In this document: positions 14,915-26,266 of the stretch, one piece after another
How the letters are laid out: each line of letters opens with the position of its first letter
Position numbering within the stretch: the first letter of the stretch is position 1
Origin: Escherichia coli
Lineage (GTDB): Bacteria > Pseudomonadota > Gammaproteobacteria > Enterobacterales > Enterobacteriaceae
Strand: one strand, 5' to 3'
Assembly: GCF_041248615.1 (NCBI RefSeq)
Contig: NZ_CP158426.1
DNA length: 64,000 nucleotides
Position numbers and translations under genes: made by a program
Notes under the pieces: generated by a model
Databases searched by the model: none
Seen by the model: only the letters and a program-made list of their open reading frames with translations
What the model was told of the DNA's origin: nothing

Positions 14915-17900
14915 ATGATGGAAATTCTGCGTGGTTCGCCTGCATTGTCGGCATTCCGAATCAACAAACTGCTGGCACGTTTTCAGGCTGCCAGGCTCCC
15001 GGTTCACACTATTTACGCCGAGTATGTCCATTTTGCTGACCTCAATGCGCCGTTAAACGATGATGAGCACGCACAACTTGAACGCCTGCTGAAATATGGC
15101 CCGGCACTCGCCAGCCACGCCCCGCAAGGCAAACTCCTGCTGGTGACCCCGCGTCCTGGCACCATCTCTCCCTGGTCTTCGAAAGCGACCGATATTGCCC
15201 ATAACTGCGGGCTGCAACAGGTAAACCGTCTTGAGCGCGGCGTGGCTTACTATATAGAAGCCGGTACGCTGACCAATGAACAATGGCAGCAGGTTACCGC
15301 TGAACTGCACGACCGCATGATGGAAACGGTCTTTTTTGCTTTAGATGATGCAGAGCAGCTGTTTGCACACCATCAACCGACTCCGGTCACCAGCGTTGAT
15401 TTGCTGGGGCAGGGCCGTCAGGCGCTAATCGACGCTAACCTGCGTCTTGGCCTGGCACTGGCGGAAGATGAAATTGACTATTTGCAGGATGCTTTCACAA
15501 AGCTTGGTCGTAACCCGAACGACATCGAACTGTATATGTTTGCCCAGGCGAACTCCGAGCACTGCCGCCACAAAATTTTTAACGCCGACTGGGTTATCGA
15601 TGGTGAACAGCAGCCGAAATCGCTGTTTAAGATGATCAAAAACACCTTCGAAACCACGCCGGATCACGTTCTCTCTGCTTATAAAGATAACGCCGCCGTA
15701 ATGGAAGGTTCTGAAGTGGGCCGCTACTTTGCTGACCACGAAACGGGCCGCTACGATTTCCATCAGGAACCGGCGCATATTCTGATGAAAGTCGAAACTC
15801 ACAACCACCCGACGGCGATTTCTCCGTGGCCGGGCGCGGCGACCGGTTCCGGCGGTGAAATCCGCGATGAAGGTGCCACCGGGCGCGGCGCGAAGCCGAA
15901 AGCTGGTTTGGTTGGTTTCTCCGTTTCCAACCTGCGAATTCCTGGTTTCGAACAGCCGTGGGAAGAAGATTTCGGTAAGCCTGAGCGCATTGTCACCGCG
16001 CTGGACATCATGACCGAAGGCCCGCTTGGTGGCGCGGCATTTAACAACGAATTTGGTCGTCCGGCACTGAACGGCTACTTCCGTACTTATGAAGAAAAAG
16101 TGAATAGCCACAATGGCGAAGAGCTGCGCGGTTATCACAAACCGATCATGCTGGCGGGCGGGATCGGCAACATTCGCGCCGATCACGTACAAAAAGGCGA
16201 GATCAACGTTGGTGCGAAGCTGGTCGTTCTCGGCGGCCCGGCAATGAACATCGGTCTTGGCGGCGGCGCGGCGTCTTCCATGGCGTCTGGTCAGTCTGAT
16301 GCCGACCTCGACTTTGCTTCCGTACAGCGCGACAACCCGGAGATGGAGCGTCGCTGCCAGGAAGTGATCGACCGTTGCTGGCAGCTTGGTGATGCCAACC
16401 CAATCCTGTTTATCCACGACGTCGGCGCTGGCGGTCTTTCTAACGCCATGCCGGAACTGGTGAGCGACGGCGGGCGCGGCGGTAAATTCGAACTGCGCGA
16501 TATCCTGAGCGACGAACCGGGCATGAGCCCGCTGGAAATCTGGTGTAACGAATCCCAGGAACGCTACGTGCTGGCGGTTGCTGCCGATCAGTTACCGCTG
16601 TTTGACGAACTGTGTAAGCGTGAGCGCGCGCCATACGCGGTGATTGGTGAAGCGACCGAAGAACTGCATCTTTCTTTGCACGATCGTCATTTTGATAATC
16701 AGCCGATCGATCTGCCGCTGGACGTCCTGCTTGGTAAAACGCCGAAGATGACCCGCGAAGTACAAACGCTGAAAGCGAAGGGTGATGCGCTGGTTCGTGA
16801 AGGGATTACCATTGCTGACGCGGTGAAACGCGTGCTGCACCTGCCGACCGTGGCGGAGAAAACTTTCCTGGTGACCATTGGTGACCGCAGCGTAACCGGC
16901 ATGGTAGCGCGCGATCAGATGGTGGGTCCGTGGCAGGTGCCGGTCGCTAACTGCGCGGTCACTACCGCCAGCCTCGATAGCTACTACGGCGAAGCGATGG
17001 CGATTGGCGAGCGTGCGCCGGTTGCGCTGCTGGATTTCGCCGCCTCTGCCCGTCTGGCGGTCGGTGAAGCGTTAACCAATATTGCCGCAACACAGATTGG
17101 CGATATCAAACGCATTAAACTTTCCGCCAACTGGATGGCGGCGGCAGGCCACCCTGGTGAAGATGCGGGCCTGTATGAAGCCGTTAAAGCTGTGGGCGAA
17201 GAACTTTGTCCTGCGCTGGGCCTGACGATCCCGGTGGGTAAAGACTCTATGTCGATGAAAACCCGCTGGCAGGAAGGTAACGAAGAGCGCGAAATGACGT
17301 CGCCGCTGTCGCTGGTGATTTCTGCATTTGCCCGCGTGGAAGATGTGCGTCACACCATCACGCCACAGCTTTCTACCGAAGATAACGCACTGCTGCTGAT
17401 TGATTTGGGCAAAGGCAATAACGCGCTGGGCGCAACGGCGCTGGCGCAGGTTTATCGTCAGCTTGGCGACAAACCGGCAGATGTACGCGATGTCGCGCAA
17501 CTGAAAGGCTTCTATGACGCGGTTCAGGCGCTGGTAGCACAGCGTAAGCTGCTCGCGTACCACGACCGCTCTGATGGCGGCCTGCTGGTAACGCTGGCGG
17601 AAATGGCCTTTGCTGGTCATTGCGGCATTGACGCGGATATCGCCACTCTGGGTGACGATCGCCTGGCGGCGTTGTTTAACGAAGAACTGGGTGCGGTGAT
17701 TCAGGTTCGTGCCGCTGACCGTGAAGCAGTTGAAGCGGTACTGGCACAGCATGGGCTTGCGGATTGCGTCCATTATGTTGGGCAGGCGGTTTCCGGTGAC
17801 CGTTTTGTGATTACCGCCAACGGGCAGACTGTATTCAGCGAAAGCCGCACCACGTTGCGTGTCTGGTGGGCAGAAACTACCTGGCAGATGCAGCGCCTGC

Positions 17901-18802
17901 GTGACAACCCGGAGTGTGCCGACCAGGAGCACCAGGCGAAATCAAACGACGCCGATCCGGGCCTGAATGTAAAACTGTCGTTCGATATCAACGAAGATGT
18001 GGCAGCACCGTATATTGCCACTGGCGCACGTCCGAAAGTTGCTGTGCTGCGTGAGCAGGGCGTGAACTCGCATGTTGAAATGGCGGCAGCTTTCCACCGT
18101 GCAGGCTTCGATGCTATCGACGTGCATATGAGCGACCTGCTGGCTGGACGCACGGGCCTGGAGGATTTCCACGCCCTGGTCGCGTGCGGTGGTTTCTCCT
18201 ACGGTGATGTGCTGGGTGCCGGTGAAGGTTGGGCGAAGTCTATCCTGTTCAATGACCGTGTACGCGATGAGTTTGCAACCTTCTTCCACCGTCCGCAAAC
18301 GCTGGCGCTGGGGGTATGTAACGGTTGCCAGATGATGTCTAATCTGCGCGAACTGATCCCAGGTAGTGAGTTGTGGCCACGTTTTGTGCGCAATACCTCC
18401 GATCGCTTTGAAGCGCGTTTCAGCCTGGTTGAAGTAACCCAAAGCCCGTCTCTGCTGTTGCAGGGGATGGTGGGCTCGCAAATGCCGATTGCTGTATCTC
18501 ATGGTGAAGGGCGCGTGGAAGTGCGTGATGCGGCGCATCTGGCGGCACTGGAAAGCAAAGGGCTGGTGGCACTGCGCTATGTCGATAACTTCGGCAAAGT
18601 CACTGAAACCTACCCGGCTAACCCGAACGGTTCTCCGAATGGTATTACGGCAGTCACGACTGAAAGTGGTCGAGTCACCATTATGATGCCGCACCCGGAA
18701 CGTGTTTTCCGTACTGTCAGCAACTCCTGGCATCCGGAAAACTGGGGCGAGGATGGCCCATGGATGCGCATTTTCCGCAATGCACGTAAGCAATTGGGAT
18801 AA
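14915..18802 (+). CDS. purL: phosphoribosylformylglycinamidine synthase
   Basis: 1295 aa ([20 protein letters not shown]...). Large single-chain FGAM synthase with a C-terminal glutaminase domain (GVCNGCQ). Confidence 0.97.
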   Translation: MMEILRGSPALSAFRINKLLARFQAARLPVHTIYAEYVHFADLNAPLNDDEHAQLERLLKYGPALASHAPQGKLLLVTPRPGTISPWSSKATDIAHNCGLQQVNRLERGVAYYIEAGTLTNEQWQQVTAELHDRMMETVFFALDDAEQLFAHHQPTPVTSVDLLGQGRQALIDANLRLGLALAEDEIDYLQDAFTKLGRNPNDIELYMFAQANSEHCRHKIFNADWVIDGEQQPKSLFKMIKNTFETTPDHVLSAYKDNAAVMEGSEVGRYFADHETGRYDFHQEPAHILMKVETHNHPTAISPWPGAATGSGGEIRDEGATGRGAKPKAGLVGFSVSNLRIPGFEQPWEEDFGKPERIVTALDIMTEGPLGGAAFNNEFGRPALNGYFRTYEEKVNSHNGEELRGYHKPIMLAGGIGNIRADHVQKGEINVGAKLVVLGGPAMNIGLGGGAASSMASGQSDADLDFASVQRDNPEMERRCQEVIDRCWQLGDANPILFIHDVGAGGLSNAMPELVSDGGRGGKFELRDILSDEPGMSPLEIWCNESQERYVLAVAADQLPLFDELCKRERAPYAVIGEATEELHLSLHDRHFDNQPIDLPLDVLLGKTPKMTREVQTLKAKGDALVREGITIADAVKRVLHLPTVAEKTFLVTIGDRSVTGMVARDQMVGPWQVPVANCAVTTASLDSYYGEAMAIGERAPVALLDFAASARLAVGEALTNIAATQIGDIKRIKLSANWMAAAGHPGEDAGLYEAVKAVGEELCPALGLTIPVGKDSMSMKTRWQEGNEEREMTSPLSLVISAFARVEDVRHTITPQLSTEDNALLLIDLGKGNNALGATALAQVYRQLGDKPADVRDVAQLKGFYDAVQALVAQRKLLAYHDRSDGGLLVTLAEMAFAGHCGIDADIATLGDDRLAALFNEELGAVIQVRAADREAVEAVLAQHGLADCVHYVGQAVSGDRFVITANGQTVFSESRTTLRVWWAETTWQMQRLRDNPECADQEHQAKSNDADPGLNVKLSFDINEDVAAPYIATGARPKVAVLREQGVNSHVEMAAAFHRAGFDAIDVHMSDLLAGRTGLEDFHALVACGGFSYGDVLGAGEGWAKSILFNDRVRDEFATFFHRPQTLALGVCNGCQMMSNLRELIPGSELWPRFVRNTSDRFEARFSLVEVTQSPSLLLQGMVGSQMPIAVSHGEGRVEVRDAAHLAALESKGLVALRYVDNFGKVTETYPANPNGSPNGITAVTTESGRVTIMMPHPERVFRTVSNSWHPENWGEDGPWMRIFRNARKQLG

Positions 18803-18860
18803 GCCGTCAACCCATTGGTTTTGCAGCCGCATCCGGCATTAAGCACCAACCGCTATTATA

Positions 18861-18886
18861 AGCTCCCAACTTCGGGAGCTTTTTTG
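18861..18886 (+). terminator. purL intrinsic terminator
   Basis: AGCTCCCAACTTCGGGAGCT hairpin followed by TTTTTT. Confidence 0.8.
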
Positions 18887-19000
18887 TGTCTGTAAATCAC
18901 GACAATGGGTGGTTTACCGTGTCGCTTTCTGGCGACACTTAACTGATTGATTTTAATAGTATCTAATAAGTTTATCTTAAGTTGTCTCTTTTTAGCGACA
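18887..19000. promoter_or_regulatory. three GlrR-type activator sites (TGTC-N10-GACA) upstream of glmY
   Basis: TGTCtgtaaatcacGACA at 18887-18904, TGTCgctttctggcGACA at 18920-18937 and TGTCtctttttagcGACA at 18983-19000. They lie 90-230 nt upstream of a sigma-54 promoter, as described for glmY. Confidence 0.7.
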
Positions 19001-19089
19001 CAGTGGCTGATTTACATTCAAATAGCGAAGAAGCCATAAATCCCTCAAAGCAGCGTATAATCAGTACGTTACCAAACTATTTTCTTTAT

Positions 19090-19109
19090 TGGCACAGTTA
19101 CTGCATAAT
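19090..19109 (+). promoter_or_regulatory. glmY sigma-54 promoter (-24 TGGCAC / -12 CTGCA) overlapping a sigma-70 -10 (CATAAT)
   Basis: TGGCAC (19090-19095), agtta, then CTGCA (19101-19105), with GC about 13 nt from the predicted start at 19117. CATAAT at 19104-19109. Confidence 0.8.
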
Positions 19110-19116
19110 AGTAACC

Positions 19117-19300
19117 AGTGGCTCATTCACCGACTTATGTCAGCCCCTTCGGGACGTGCTACATAAAATTCGAATGACGCACAACAAGGTGCCTGCCGTC
19201 CAACTTCTGATATCAGCGTAGCTATATCAACCATCGGGCGAAACGTCGAGTTAGGCACCGCCTTATTCCATAACAAAGCCGGGTAATTCCCGGCTTTGTT
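19117..19300 (+). ncRNA. glmY: GlmY small RNA
   Basis: AGTGGCTCATTCACCGACTTATGTCAGCCCCTTCGGGACGTGC ... AAAGCCGGGTAATTCCCGGCTTTGTTGT matches GlmY as I recall it (about 184 nt), ending in a terminator hairpin at 19276-19300. Confidence 0.88.
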
Positions 19301-19358
19301 GTATCTGAACTTCCCCTCGGTTAGCATCAGGCTATTCGCGTCTGACGAGAGTAACACC

Positions 19359-20786
19359 TTGAAACGCTGGCCCGTTTTTCCCCGCTCATTACGACAACTG
19401 GTAATGCTGGCATTTTTGCTGATTCTGCTGCCCCTGTTGGTGCTGGCATGGCAAGCCTGGCAAAGCCTGAATGCGCTTAGCGATCAGGCGGCGCTGGTTA
19501 ACCGCACTACGCTTATTGATGCCCGGCGCAGTGAAGCGATGACCAACGCGGCGCTGGAGATGGAGCGTAGCTACCGTCAGTATTGCGTGCTGGATGACCC
19601 TACGCTTGCGAAGGTTTATCAAAGCCAGCGCAAGCGTTACAGTGAAATGCTCGATGCCCACGCAGGCGTACTGCCAGACGATAAACTTTACCAGGCATTG
19701 CGTCAGGACTTGAACAATTTGGCTCAACTTCAGTGTAACAACAGCGGTCCCGATGCCGCCGCCGCCGCGCGTCTGGAAGCCTTTGCCAGTGCCAATACCG
19801 AAATGGTGCAGGCCACGCGCACAGTGGTGTTCTCTCGTGGGCAGCAACTTCAGCGTGAAATCGCCGAACGTGGGCAATATTTTGGTTGGCAATCGCTGGT
19901 GCTATTTCTGGTGAGTCTGGTGATGGTACTGCTTTTCACGCGGATGATTATCGGTCCGGTAAAAAATATCGAGAGGATGATCAACCGGTTGGGGGAAGGG
20001 CGTTCTCTGGGCAATAGCGTTTCGTTCAGTGGACCGAGTGAGTTACGCTCGGTTGGGCAACGTATTCTTTGGTTAAGTGAGCGCCTGTCATGGCTGGAAT
20101 CCCAACGTCATCAATTCTTAAGACATTTATCTCATGAATTAAAAACGCCGCTGGCGAGTATGCGCGAGGGCACTGAATTACTGGCTGACCAGGTTGTTGG
20201 GCCGCTTACGCCAGAGCAAAAAGAGGTGGTGAGCATTCTTGATAGCAGCAGCCGCAATTTGCAAAAGTTGATCGAACAACTGCTTGATTACAACCGTAAA
20301 CAGGCGGACGGTGCGGTGGAACTGGAGAATGTTGAGTTAGCGCCACTGGTGGAAATGGTGGTTTCTGCTCATAGCCTGCCCGCACGGGCTAAAATGATGC
20401 ATACCGACGTCGATCTCAAAGCAACAGCTTGCCTGGCGGAGCCAATGCTGCTGATGAGCGTACTGGATAATCTTTACTCCAATGCGGTGCACTACGGGGC
20501 TGAATCCGGTAACATTTGCCTTCGCAGCAGTTTACATGGCGCGCGGGTTTGTATTGATGTCATCAATACAGGCACACCCATTCCGCAAGAGGAACGCGCC
20601 ATGATCTTTGAACCCTTTTTTCAGGGAAGCCACCAGCGAAAAGGGGCGGTGAAGGGCAGCGGTCTGGGATTAAGCATTGCCAGGGATTGTATTCGCCGTA
20701 TGCAAGGGGAACTGTATCTGGTCGACGAGAGCGGGCAAGACGTTTGCTTCCGCATTGAATTGCCGTCGTCGAAAAACACGAAATAA
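19359..20786 (+). CDS. glrK: sensor histidine kinase GlrK (YfhK/QseE)
   Basis: ORF 19296-20786 trimmed to TTG 19359 (KRWPVFPRSLRQLVMLAFL...), 475 aa. H-box HELKTPL with HAMP and HATPase domains. Confidence 0.92.
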   Translation: MKRWPVFPRSLRQLVMLAFLLILLPLLVLAWQAWQSLNALSDQAALVNRTTLIDARRSEAMTNAALEMERSYRQYCVLDDPTLAKVYQSQRKRYSEMLDAHAGVLPDDKLYQALRQDLNNLAQLQCNNSGPDAAAAARLEAFASANTEMVQATRTVVFSRGQQLQREIAERGQYFGWQSLVLFLVSLVMVLLFTRMIIGPVKNIERMINRLGEGRSLGNSVSFSGPSELRSVGQRILWLSERLSWLESQRHQFLRHLSHELKTPLASMREGTELLADQVVGPLTPEQKEVVSILDSSSRNLQKLIEQLLDYNRKQADGAVELENVELAPLVEMVVSAHSLPARAKMMHTDVDLKATACLAEPMLLMSVLDNLYSNAVHYGAESGNICLRSSLHGARVCIDVINTGTPIPQEERAMIFEPFFQGSHQRKGAVKGSGLGLSIARDCIRRMQGELYLVDESGQDVCFRIELPSSKNTK

Positions 20787-20837
20787 TGCTAACAGCCTAT
20801 CCCATCAGGCTATTTTATTTGCCAGTTTGGCCCTGGG

Positions 20838-20918
20838 CAGTGCTCGAAATCCTCACGTACGACATGTACGCTCCGGTTTCTCCGCGCTGTCCGTATCCAA
20901 ACTGCCTGCAACAATTAC
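20838..20918. repeat. degenerate ERIC-like remnant in the glrK-yfhG spacer
   Basis: CCTCACGTACGACATGTACGCTCCGG ... CTGCCTGCAACAATTAC resembles the ERIC core (AGTCACTTACTTATGTAAGCTCCTGG ... CCTTCCTGCAA). Similarity judged by eye only. Confidence 0.3.
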
Positions 20919-20950
20919 GCCCACTGGGATAGGCATTAAGTCTGGTGAAT

Positions 20951-21664
20951 ATGCGACACATTTTTCAACGATTATTGCCCCGACGGCTGTGGCTGGCAGG
21001 GCTGCCATGTCTGGCATTGCTGGGTTGCGTGCAGAGTCACAATAAACCAGCCATTGATACGCCAGCAGAAGAAAAAATTCCGGTTTATCAACTGGCTGAC
21101 TATCTTTCTACTGAATGTAGCGACATCTGGGCGCTGCAAGGTAAATCAACCGAAACCAATCCGCTTTACTGGCTGCGGGCGATGGATTGTGCTGATCGTT
21201 TAATGCCTGCGCAGTCGCGTCAGCAAGCCCGCCAATATGACGACGGCAGCTGGCAAAATACCTTTAAACAAGGGATTTTGCTCGCCGACGCCAAAATTAC
21301 GCCGTATGAGCGCCGCCAGCTGGTCGCGCGCATTGATGCGCTAAGTACCGAGATCCCGGCACAGGTTCGCCCTCTGTATCAACTCTGGCGCGACAGTCAG
21401 GCGCTGCAACTGCAACTGGCGGAAGAGCGCCAACGCTACGGCAAGCTCCAGCAATCCAGCGACAGCGAGCTGGATACTTTGCGCCAGCAATATCACGTTC
21501 TACAGCAGCAACTGGAACTCACCACCCGCAAGCTGGAAAACCTGACTGATATTGAACGCCAGCTCTCGACCCGCAAACCGGCTGGAAATTTCTCGCCGGA
21601 TACGCCACACGAGAGTGAAAAGCCCGCGCCATCCACCGATGAGGTCACTCCTGATGAGCCATAA
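20951..21664 (+). CDS. yfhG: outer-membrane lipoprotein YfhG (QseG/GlrP)
   Basis: ORF trimmed to MRHIFQRLLPRRLWLAGLPCLALLGC (lipobox LLGC), 237 aa with a Q-rich coiled-coil C-terminus. Confidence 0.9.
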   Translation: MRHIFQRLLPRRLWLAGLPCLALLGCVQSHNKPAIDTPAEEKIPVYQLADYLSTECSDIWALQGKSTETNPLYWLRAMDCADRLMPAQSRQQARQYDDGSWQNTFKQGILLADAKITPYERRQLVARIDALSTEIPAQVRPLYQLWRDSQALQLQLAEERQRYGKLQQSSDSELDTLRQQYHVLQQQLELTTRKLENLTDIERQLSTRKPAGNFSPDTPHESEKPAPSTDEVTPDEP

Positions 21665-22988
21665 ACCTGCGCATTTATTATTGGTCGATGACGATCCGGG
21701 ATTGCTGAAACTGCTTGGCCTGCGCCTGACCAGCGAAGGCTACAGCGTGGTCACGGCGGAAAGTGGTGCTGAAGGATTACGGGTACTGAATCGCGAAAAA
21801 GTAGATTTAGTTATCAGCGACCTGCGGATGGATGAAATGGATGGTATGCAGCTGTTTGCTGAAATCCAGAAAGTGCAGCCGGGAATGCCGGTAATTATTC
21901 TTACCGCACATGGTTCTATTCCCGATGCCGTTGCTGCAACACAGCAGGGAGTGTTCAGTTTCCTCACCAAGCCTGTCGATAAAGATGCGCTATATCAGGC
22001 AATTGACGATGCGCTGGAACAATCCGCGCCAGCCACCGATGAACGCTGGCGCGAGGCGATTGTCACCCGCAGCCCGCTGATGCTGCGTTTGCTGGAACAG
22101 GCGCGGCTGGTGGCGCAATCAGACGTTAGCGTTTTGATTAACGGCCAGAGCGGCACCGGGAAAGAGATTTTCGCCCAGGCTATCCACAACGCCAGCCCGC
22201 GCAACAGCAAGCCATTTATTGCTATTAACTGTGGCGCATTACCCGAGCAATTGCTGGAGTCGGAGCTATTTGGTCATGCGCGTGGCGCGTTTACTGGCGC
22301 TGTCAGCAATCGCGAAGGTTTATTCCAGGCGGCGGAAGGCGGTACGCTATTTCTCGATGAGATTGGCGATATGCCCGCACCGTTGCAGGTCAAACTGCTG
22401 CGCGTGTTGCAGGAGCGTAAAGTGCGCCCGCTGGGCAGTAACCGCGATATTGATATCGACGTGCGGATTATTTCCGCCACTCACCGCGACCTGCCAAAAG
22501 CGATGGCGCGCGGGGAATTCCGCGAAGATCTCTATTACCGCCTCAACGTTGTCAGCCTGAAAATTCCGGCACTGGCGGAGCGCACAGAAGACATTCCGCT
22601 ACTGGCAAATCACCTGTTGCGCCAGGCGGCAGAGCGACATAAACCGTTTGTCCGCGCGTTCTCTACCGATGCGATGAAACGCCTGATGACCGCGAGCTGG
22701 CCGGGTAATGTGCGCCAGTTGGTCAACGTGATTGAACAGTGCGTGGCGCTGACCTCATCTCCGGTGATTAGTGATGCGCTGGTGGAGCAGGCGCTGGAGG
22801 GTGAAAATACGGCGCTGCCAACCTTTGTTGAGGCACGTAATCAGTTTGAACTCAACTATTTGCGTAAGCTGCTGCAAATCACCAAAGGCAACGTCACCCA
22901 CGCGGCGAGAATGGCGGGGCGCAACCGGACAGAATTTTATAAACTGCTTTCCCGACACGAGCTGGATGCAAACGATTTCAAGGAATGA
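21654..22988 (+). CDS. glrR: sigma-54-dependent response regulator GlrR (YfhA/QseF)
   Basis: ORF trimmed to [18 protein letters not shown]..., 444 aa. Receiver domain, AAA+ domain ([14 protein letters not shown]) and C-terminal HTH. Overlaps the yfhG end by 11 nt. Confidence 0.95.
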   Translation: MSHKPAHLLLVDDDPGLLKLLGLRLTSEGYSVVTAESGAEGLRVLNREKVDLVISDLRMDEMDGMQLFAEIQKVQPGMPVIILTAHGSIPDAVAATQQGVFSFLTKPVDKDALYQAIDDALEQSAPATDERWREAIVTRSPLMLRLLEQARLVAQSDVSVLINGQSGTGKEIFAQAIHNASPRNSKPFIAINCGALPEQLLESELFGHARGAFTGAVSNREGLFQAAEGGTLFLDEIGDMPAPLQVKLLRVLQERKVRPLGSNRDIDIDVRIISATHRDLPKAMARGEFREDLYYRLNVVSLKIPALAERTEDIPLLANHLLRQAAERHKPFVRAFSTDAMKRLMTASWPGNVRQLVNVIEQCVALTSSPVISDALVEQALEGENTALPTFVEARNQFELNYLRKLLQITKGNVTHAARMAGRNRTEFYKLLSRHELDANDFKE

Positions 22989-23012
22989 ATTGGCGTTATG
23001 TGTTACGTTTAG

Positions 23013-23387
<375 letters not shown>

Positions 23388-23399
23388 ACCGCGTCAAGG

Positions 23400-23425
23400 G
23401 TTGCCGGATGTTTCCATCCGGCAAC
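23400..23425. terminator. bidirectional hairpin between convergent glnB and hmp
   Basis: GTTGCCGGATG tttc CATCCGGCAAC, a perfect 11-bp stem. Confidence 0.7.
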
Positions 23426-23431
23426 ATCAAA

Positions 23432-24622
23432 TCACAGCACCTTATGCGGGCCAAAGCATTCGTAATGAATGTTTTCCTGCTTCACGCCCAGATCCACTAA
23501 CTGTTTCGCGGCAAACTGCATGAAGCCAACCGGGCCGCAGAGATAGAACTGCATTGTCGGATCGCTGAACGCACCTTCCAGTTTGCTCAAATCCATCAGA
23601 CCTTCGCTATCAAACTGACCTTTAGCGCGATCGGCTTCGCTTGGCTGACGATACCAGGTGTGCGCGGTAAAGCGCGGCAGTGCTTGCCCCAGTTCCTTAA
23701 CTTCATCGGCAAAGGCGTGAACATCGCCATTTTCTGCCGCATGGAACCAGTTCACTTGTGCTGTGTGGCCAGCTTTTGCCAGCGTGTCGAGCATTGCCAG
23801 CATTGGCGTTTGACCGACACCGGCAGAGATTAACGTCACTGGTGTGTCATCTGCGACAGCCATAAAGAAATCACCTGCTGGAGCAACCAGTTTCACGACA
23901 TCGCCAACATTGGCGTGATTGTGCAGCCAGTTGGATACCTGCCCACCCTCTTCGCGTTTCACCGCAATACGATAGCCTTTGCCATCCGGTTTGCGAGTCA
24001 AAGAGTACTGACGAATTTCCTGATGCGGGAAACCTTCCGGCTTCAGCCAGACGCCGAGATATTGCCCCGGACGGTATTCTGCCACTGCGCCACCGTCGAC
24101 CGGCTCCAGTTCGAAGCTGGTGATAAGTGCGCTGCGCGGTGTTTTAGCCACAATGCGGAAATCGCGAGTACCTTCCCAGCCACCGGCTTTGCTGGCGTTT
24201 TCGTTATAGATTTCCGCCTCGCGATTGATAAATACATTAGCCAGTACGCCATAGGCTTTACCCCACGCGTCCAGCACTTCCTGGCCCGGGCTGAACATTT
24301 CGTCCAGCGTCGCCAACAGGTGTTCACCGACAATGTTGTACTGTTCCGGTTTGATCTGGAAGCTGGTGTGCTTCTGCGCGATTTTTTCTACCGCTGGCAG
24401 CAGCGCAGGCAGGTTTTCAATATTACTGGCGTAGGCGGCAATAGCGTTAAACAGGGCTTCACGTTGATCGCCATTGCGCTGGTTACTCATGTTAAAAATT
24501 TCTTTGAGTTCTGGGTTATGAGTAAACATACGGTCGTAGAAATGGGCGGTTAACTTTGGCCCCGTTTCCACCAGTAAAGGGATGGTGGCTTTTACTGTAG
24601 CGATGGTTTGAGCGTCAAGCAT
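23432..24622 (-). CDS. hmp: flavohemoglobin (nitric oxide dioxygenase)
   Basis: ORF trimmed to [29 protein letters not shown]..., 396 aa. Globin domain plus FAD/NAD reductase domain. Confidence 0.95.
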   Translation of the reverse strand: MLDAQTIATVKATIPLLVETGPKLTAHFYDRMFTHNPELKEIFNMSNQRNGDQREALFNAIAAYASNIENLPALLPAVEKIAQKHTSFQIKPEQYNIVGEHLLATLDEMFSPGQEVLDAWGKAYGVLANVFINREAEIYNENASKAGGWEGTRDFRIVAKTPRSALITSFELEPVDGGAVAEYRPGQYLGVWLKPEGFPHQEIRQYSLTRKPDGKGYRIAVKREEGGQVSNWLHNHANVGDVVKLVAPAGDFFMAVADDTPVTLISAGVGQTPMLAMLDTLAKAGHTAQVNWFHAAENGDVHAFADEVKELGQALPRFTAHTWYRQPSEADRAKGQFDSEGLMDLSKLEGAFSDPTMQFYLCGPVGFMQFAAKQLVDLGVKQENIHYECFGPHKVL

Positions 24623-24648
24623 ATGGTCTTCCTTTTTTTGCATCTTAA

Positions 24649-24671
24649 TTGATGTATCTCAAATGCATCTT
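24649..24671. promoter_or_regulatory. NsrR / FNR operator at the hmp promoter
   Basis: Complement reads AAGATGCATTTGAGATACATCAA, the hmp NsrR site as I recall it. The embedded TTGAG-ATAC-ATCAA is FNR-like. Confidence 0.6.
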
Positions 24672-24815
24672 ATAAAAAATAGCCCTGCAATGTAAATGGT
24701 TCTTTGGTGTTTTTCAGAAAGAATGTGATGAAGTGAAAAATTTGCATCACAAACCTGAAAAGAAATCCGTTTCCGGTTGCAAGCTCTTTATTCTCCAAAG
24801 CCTTGCGCAGCCTGA

Positions 24816-24831
24816 AGGTAATCGTTTGCGT
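24816..24831. promoter_or_regulatory. candidate PurR box upstream of glyA
   Basis: AGGTAATCGTTTGCGT resembles the reverse pur box (ANGAAAACGTTTGCGT). glyA is known to be PurR-regulated. Confidence 0.4.
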
Positions 24832-24949
24832 AAATTCCTTTGTCAAGACCTGTTATCGCACAATGATTCGGTTATACTGTTCGCCGTTGTCCAACAGGAC
24901 CGCCTATAAAGGCCAAAAATTTTATTGTTAGCTGAGTCAGGAGATGCGG

Positions 24950-26203
24950 ATGTTAAAGCGTGAAATGAACATTGCCGATTATGATGCCGAACTGTGGCAG
25001 GCTATGGAGCAGGAAAAAGTACGTCAGGAAGAGCACATCGAACTGATCGCCTCCGAAAACTACACCAGCCCGCGCGTAATGCAGGCGCAGGGTTCTCAGC
25101 TGACCAACAAATATGCTGAAGGTTATCCGGGCAAACGCTACTACGGCGGTTGCGAGTATGTTGATATCGTTGAACAACTGGCGATCGATCGTGCGAAAGA
25201 ACTGTTCGGTGCTGACTACGCTAACGTCCAGCCGCACTCCGGCTCCCAGGCTAACTTTGCGGTGTACACCGCGCTGCTGGAACCAGGTGATACCGTTCTG
25301 GGTATGAACCTGGCGCATGGCGGTCACCTGACTCACGGTTCTCCGGTTAACTTCTCCGGTAAACTGTACAACATCGTTCCTTACGGTATCGATGCTAGCG
25401 GTCATATCGACTACGCCGATCTGGAAAAACAAGCCAAAGAACACAAACCGAAAATGATTATCGGTGGCTTCTCTGCATATTCCGGCGTGGTGGACTGGGC
25501 GAAAATGCGTGAAATCGCTGACAGCATCGGTGCTTACCTTTTCGTTGATATGGCGCACGTTGCGGGCCTGGTTGCTGCTGGCGTCTACCCGAACCCGGTT
25601 CCTCATGCTCACGTTGTTACTACCACCACTCACAAAACCCTGGCGGGTCCGCGCGGTGGCCTGATCCTGGCGAAAGGTGGTAGCGAAGAGCTGTACAAAA
25701 AACTGAACTCTGCCGTTTTCCCTGGTGGTCAGGGCGGTCCGTTGATGCACGTAATCGCCGGTAAAGCGGTTGCTCTGAAAGAAGCGATGGAGCCTGAGTT
25801 CAAAACTTACCAGCAGCAGGTCGCTAAAAACGCTAAAGCGATGGTAGAAGTGTTCCTGGAACGCGGCTACAAAGTGGTTTCCGGCGGCACTGATAACCAC
25901 CTGTTCCTGGTTGATCTGGTTGATAAAAACCTGACCGGTAAAGAAGCTGACGCCGCTCTGGGCCGTGCTAACATCACCGTCAACAAAAACAGCGTACCGA
26001 ACGATCCGAAGAGCCCGTTTGTGACCTCCGGTATTCGCGTGGGTACTCCGGCGATTACGCGTCGCGGCTTCAAAGAAGCAGAAGCGAAAGAACTGGCTGG
26101 CTGGATGTGTGACGTGCTGGACAGCATCAATGATGAAGCGGTTATTGAGCGCATCAAAGGTAAAGTTCTCGACATCTGTGCACGTTACCCGGTTTACGCA
26201 TAA
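24950..26203 (+). CDS. glyA: serine hydroxymethyltransferase
   Basis: ORF trimmed to [22 protein letters not shown]..., 417 aa. PLP-Lys motif [14 protein letters not shown]. Confidence 0.97.
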   Translation: MLKREMNIADYDAELWQAMEQEKVRQEEHIELIASENYTSPRVMQAQGSQLTNKYAEGYPGKRYYGGCEYVDIVEQLAIDRAKELFGADYANVQPHSGSQANFAVYTALLEPGDTVLGMNLAHGGHLTHGSPVNFSGKLYNIVPYGIDASGHIDYADLEKQAKEHKPKMIIGGFSAYSGVVDWAKMREIADSIGAYLFVDMAHVAGLVAAGVYPNPVPHAHVVTTTTHKTLAGPRGGLILAKGGSEELYKKLNSAVFPGGQGGPLMHVIAGKAVALKEAMEPEFKTYQQQVAKNAKAMVEVFLERGYKVVSGGTDNHLFLVDLVDKNLTGKEADAALGRANITVNKNSVPNDPKSPFVTSGIRVGTPAITRRGFKEAEAKELAGWMCDVLDSINDEAVIERIKGKVLDICARYPVYA

Positions 26204-26226
26204 GCGAAACGGTTAATCTGTTGAAA

Positions 26227-26250
26227 AAAGGCTTCCTTCGGGAAGCCTTT
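26227..26250. terminator. bidirectional terminator between glyA and yphH
   Basis: AAAGGCTTCC ttcg GGAAGCCTTT flanked by an A-run and a T-run. Confidence 0.75.
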
Positions 26251-26266
26251 CTACGTTATCGCGCCA

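Noticed and set aside
15425-16417. 330-aa antisense ORF inside purL, plus many similar long minus-strand ORFs at 17072-17932 and 17942-18832
   Set aside because: These are shadow ORFs on the opposite strand of a highly conserved, GC-rich gene. The translations are Arg/low-complexity rich, have no recognisable family and no plausible start context.
18982-19221. 79-aa ORF between purL and glrK
   Set aside because: It overlaps the GlrR sites, the sigma-54 promoter and the 5' half of GlmY. It has no SD, and the region is explained by the sRNA gene.
24953-25900. 315-aa ORF antisense to glyA
   Set aside because: It is fully nested opposite a strongly recognisable SHMT frame. This is a typical codon-bias shadow with no motifs.
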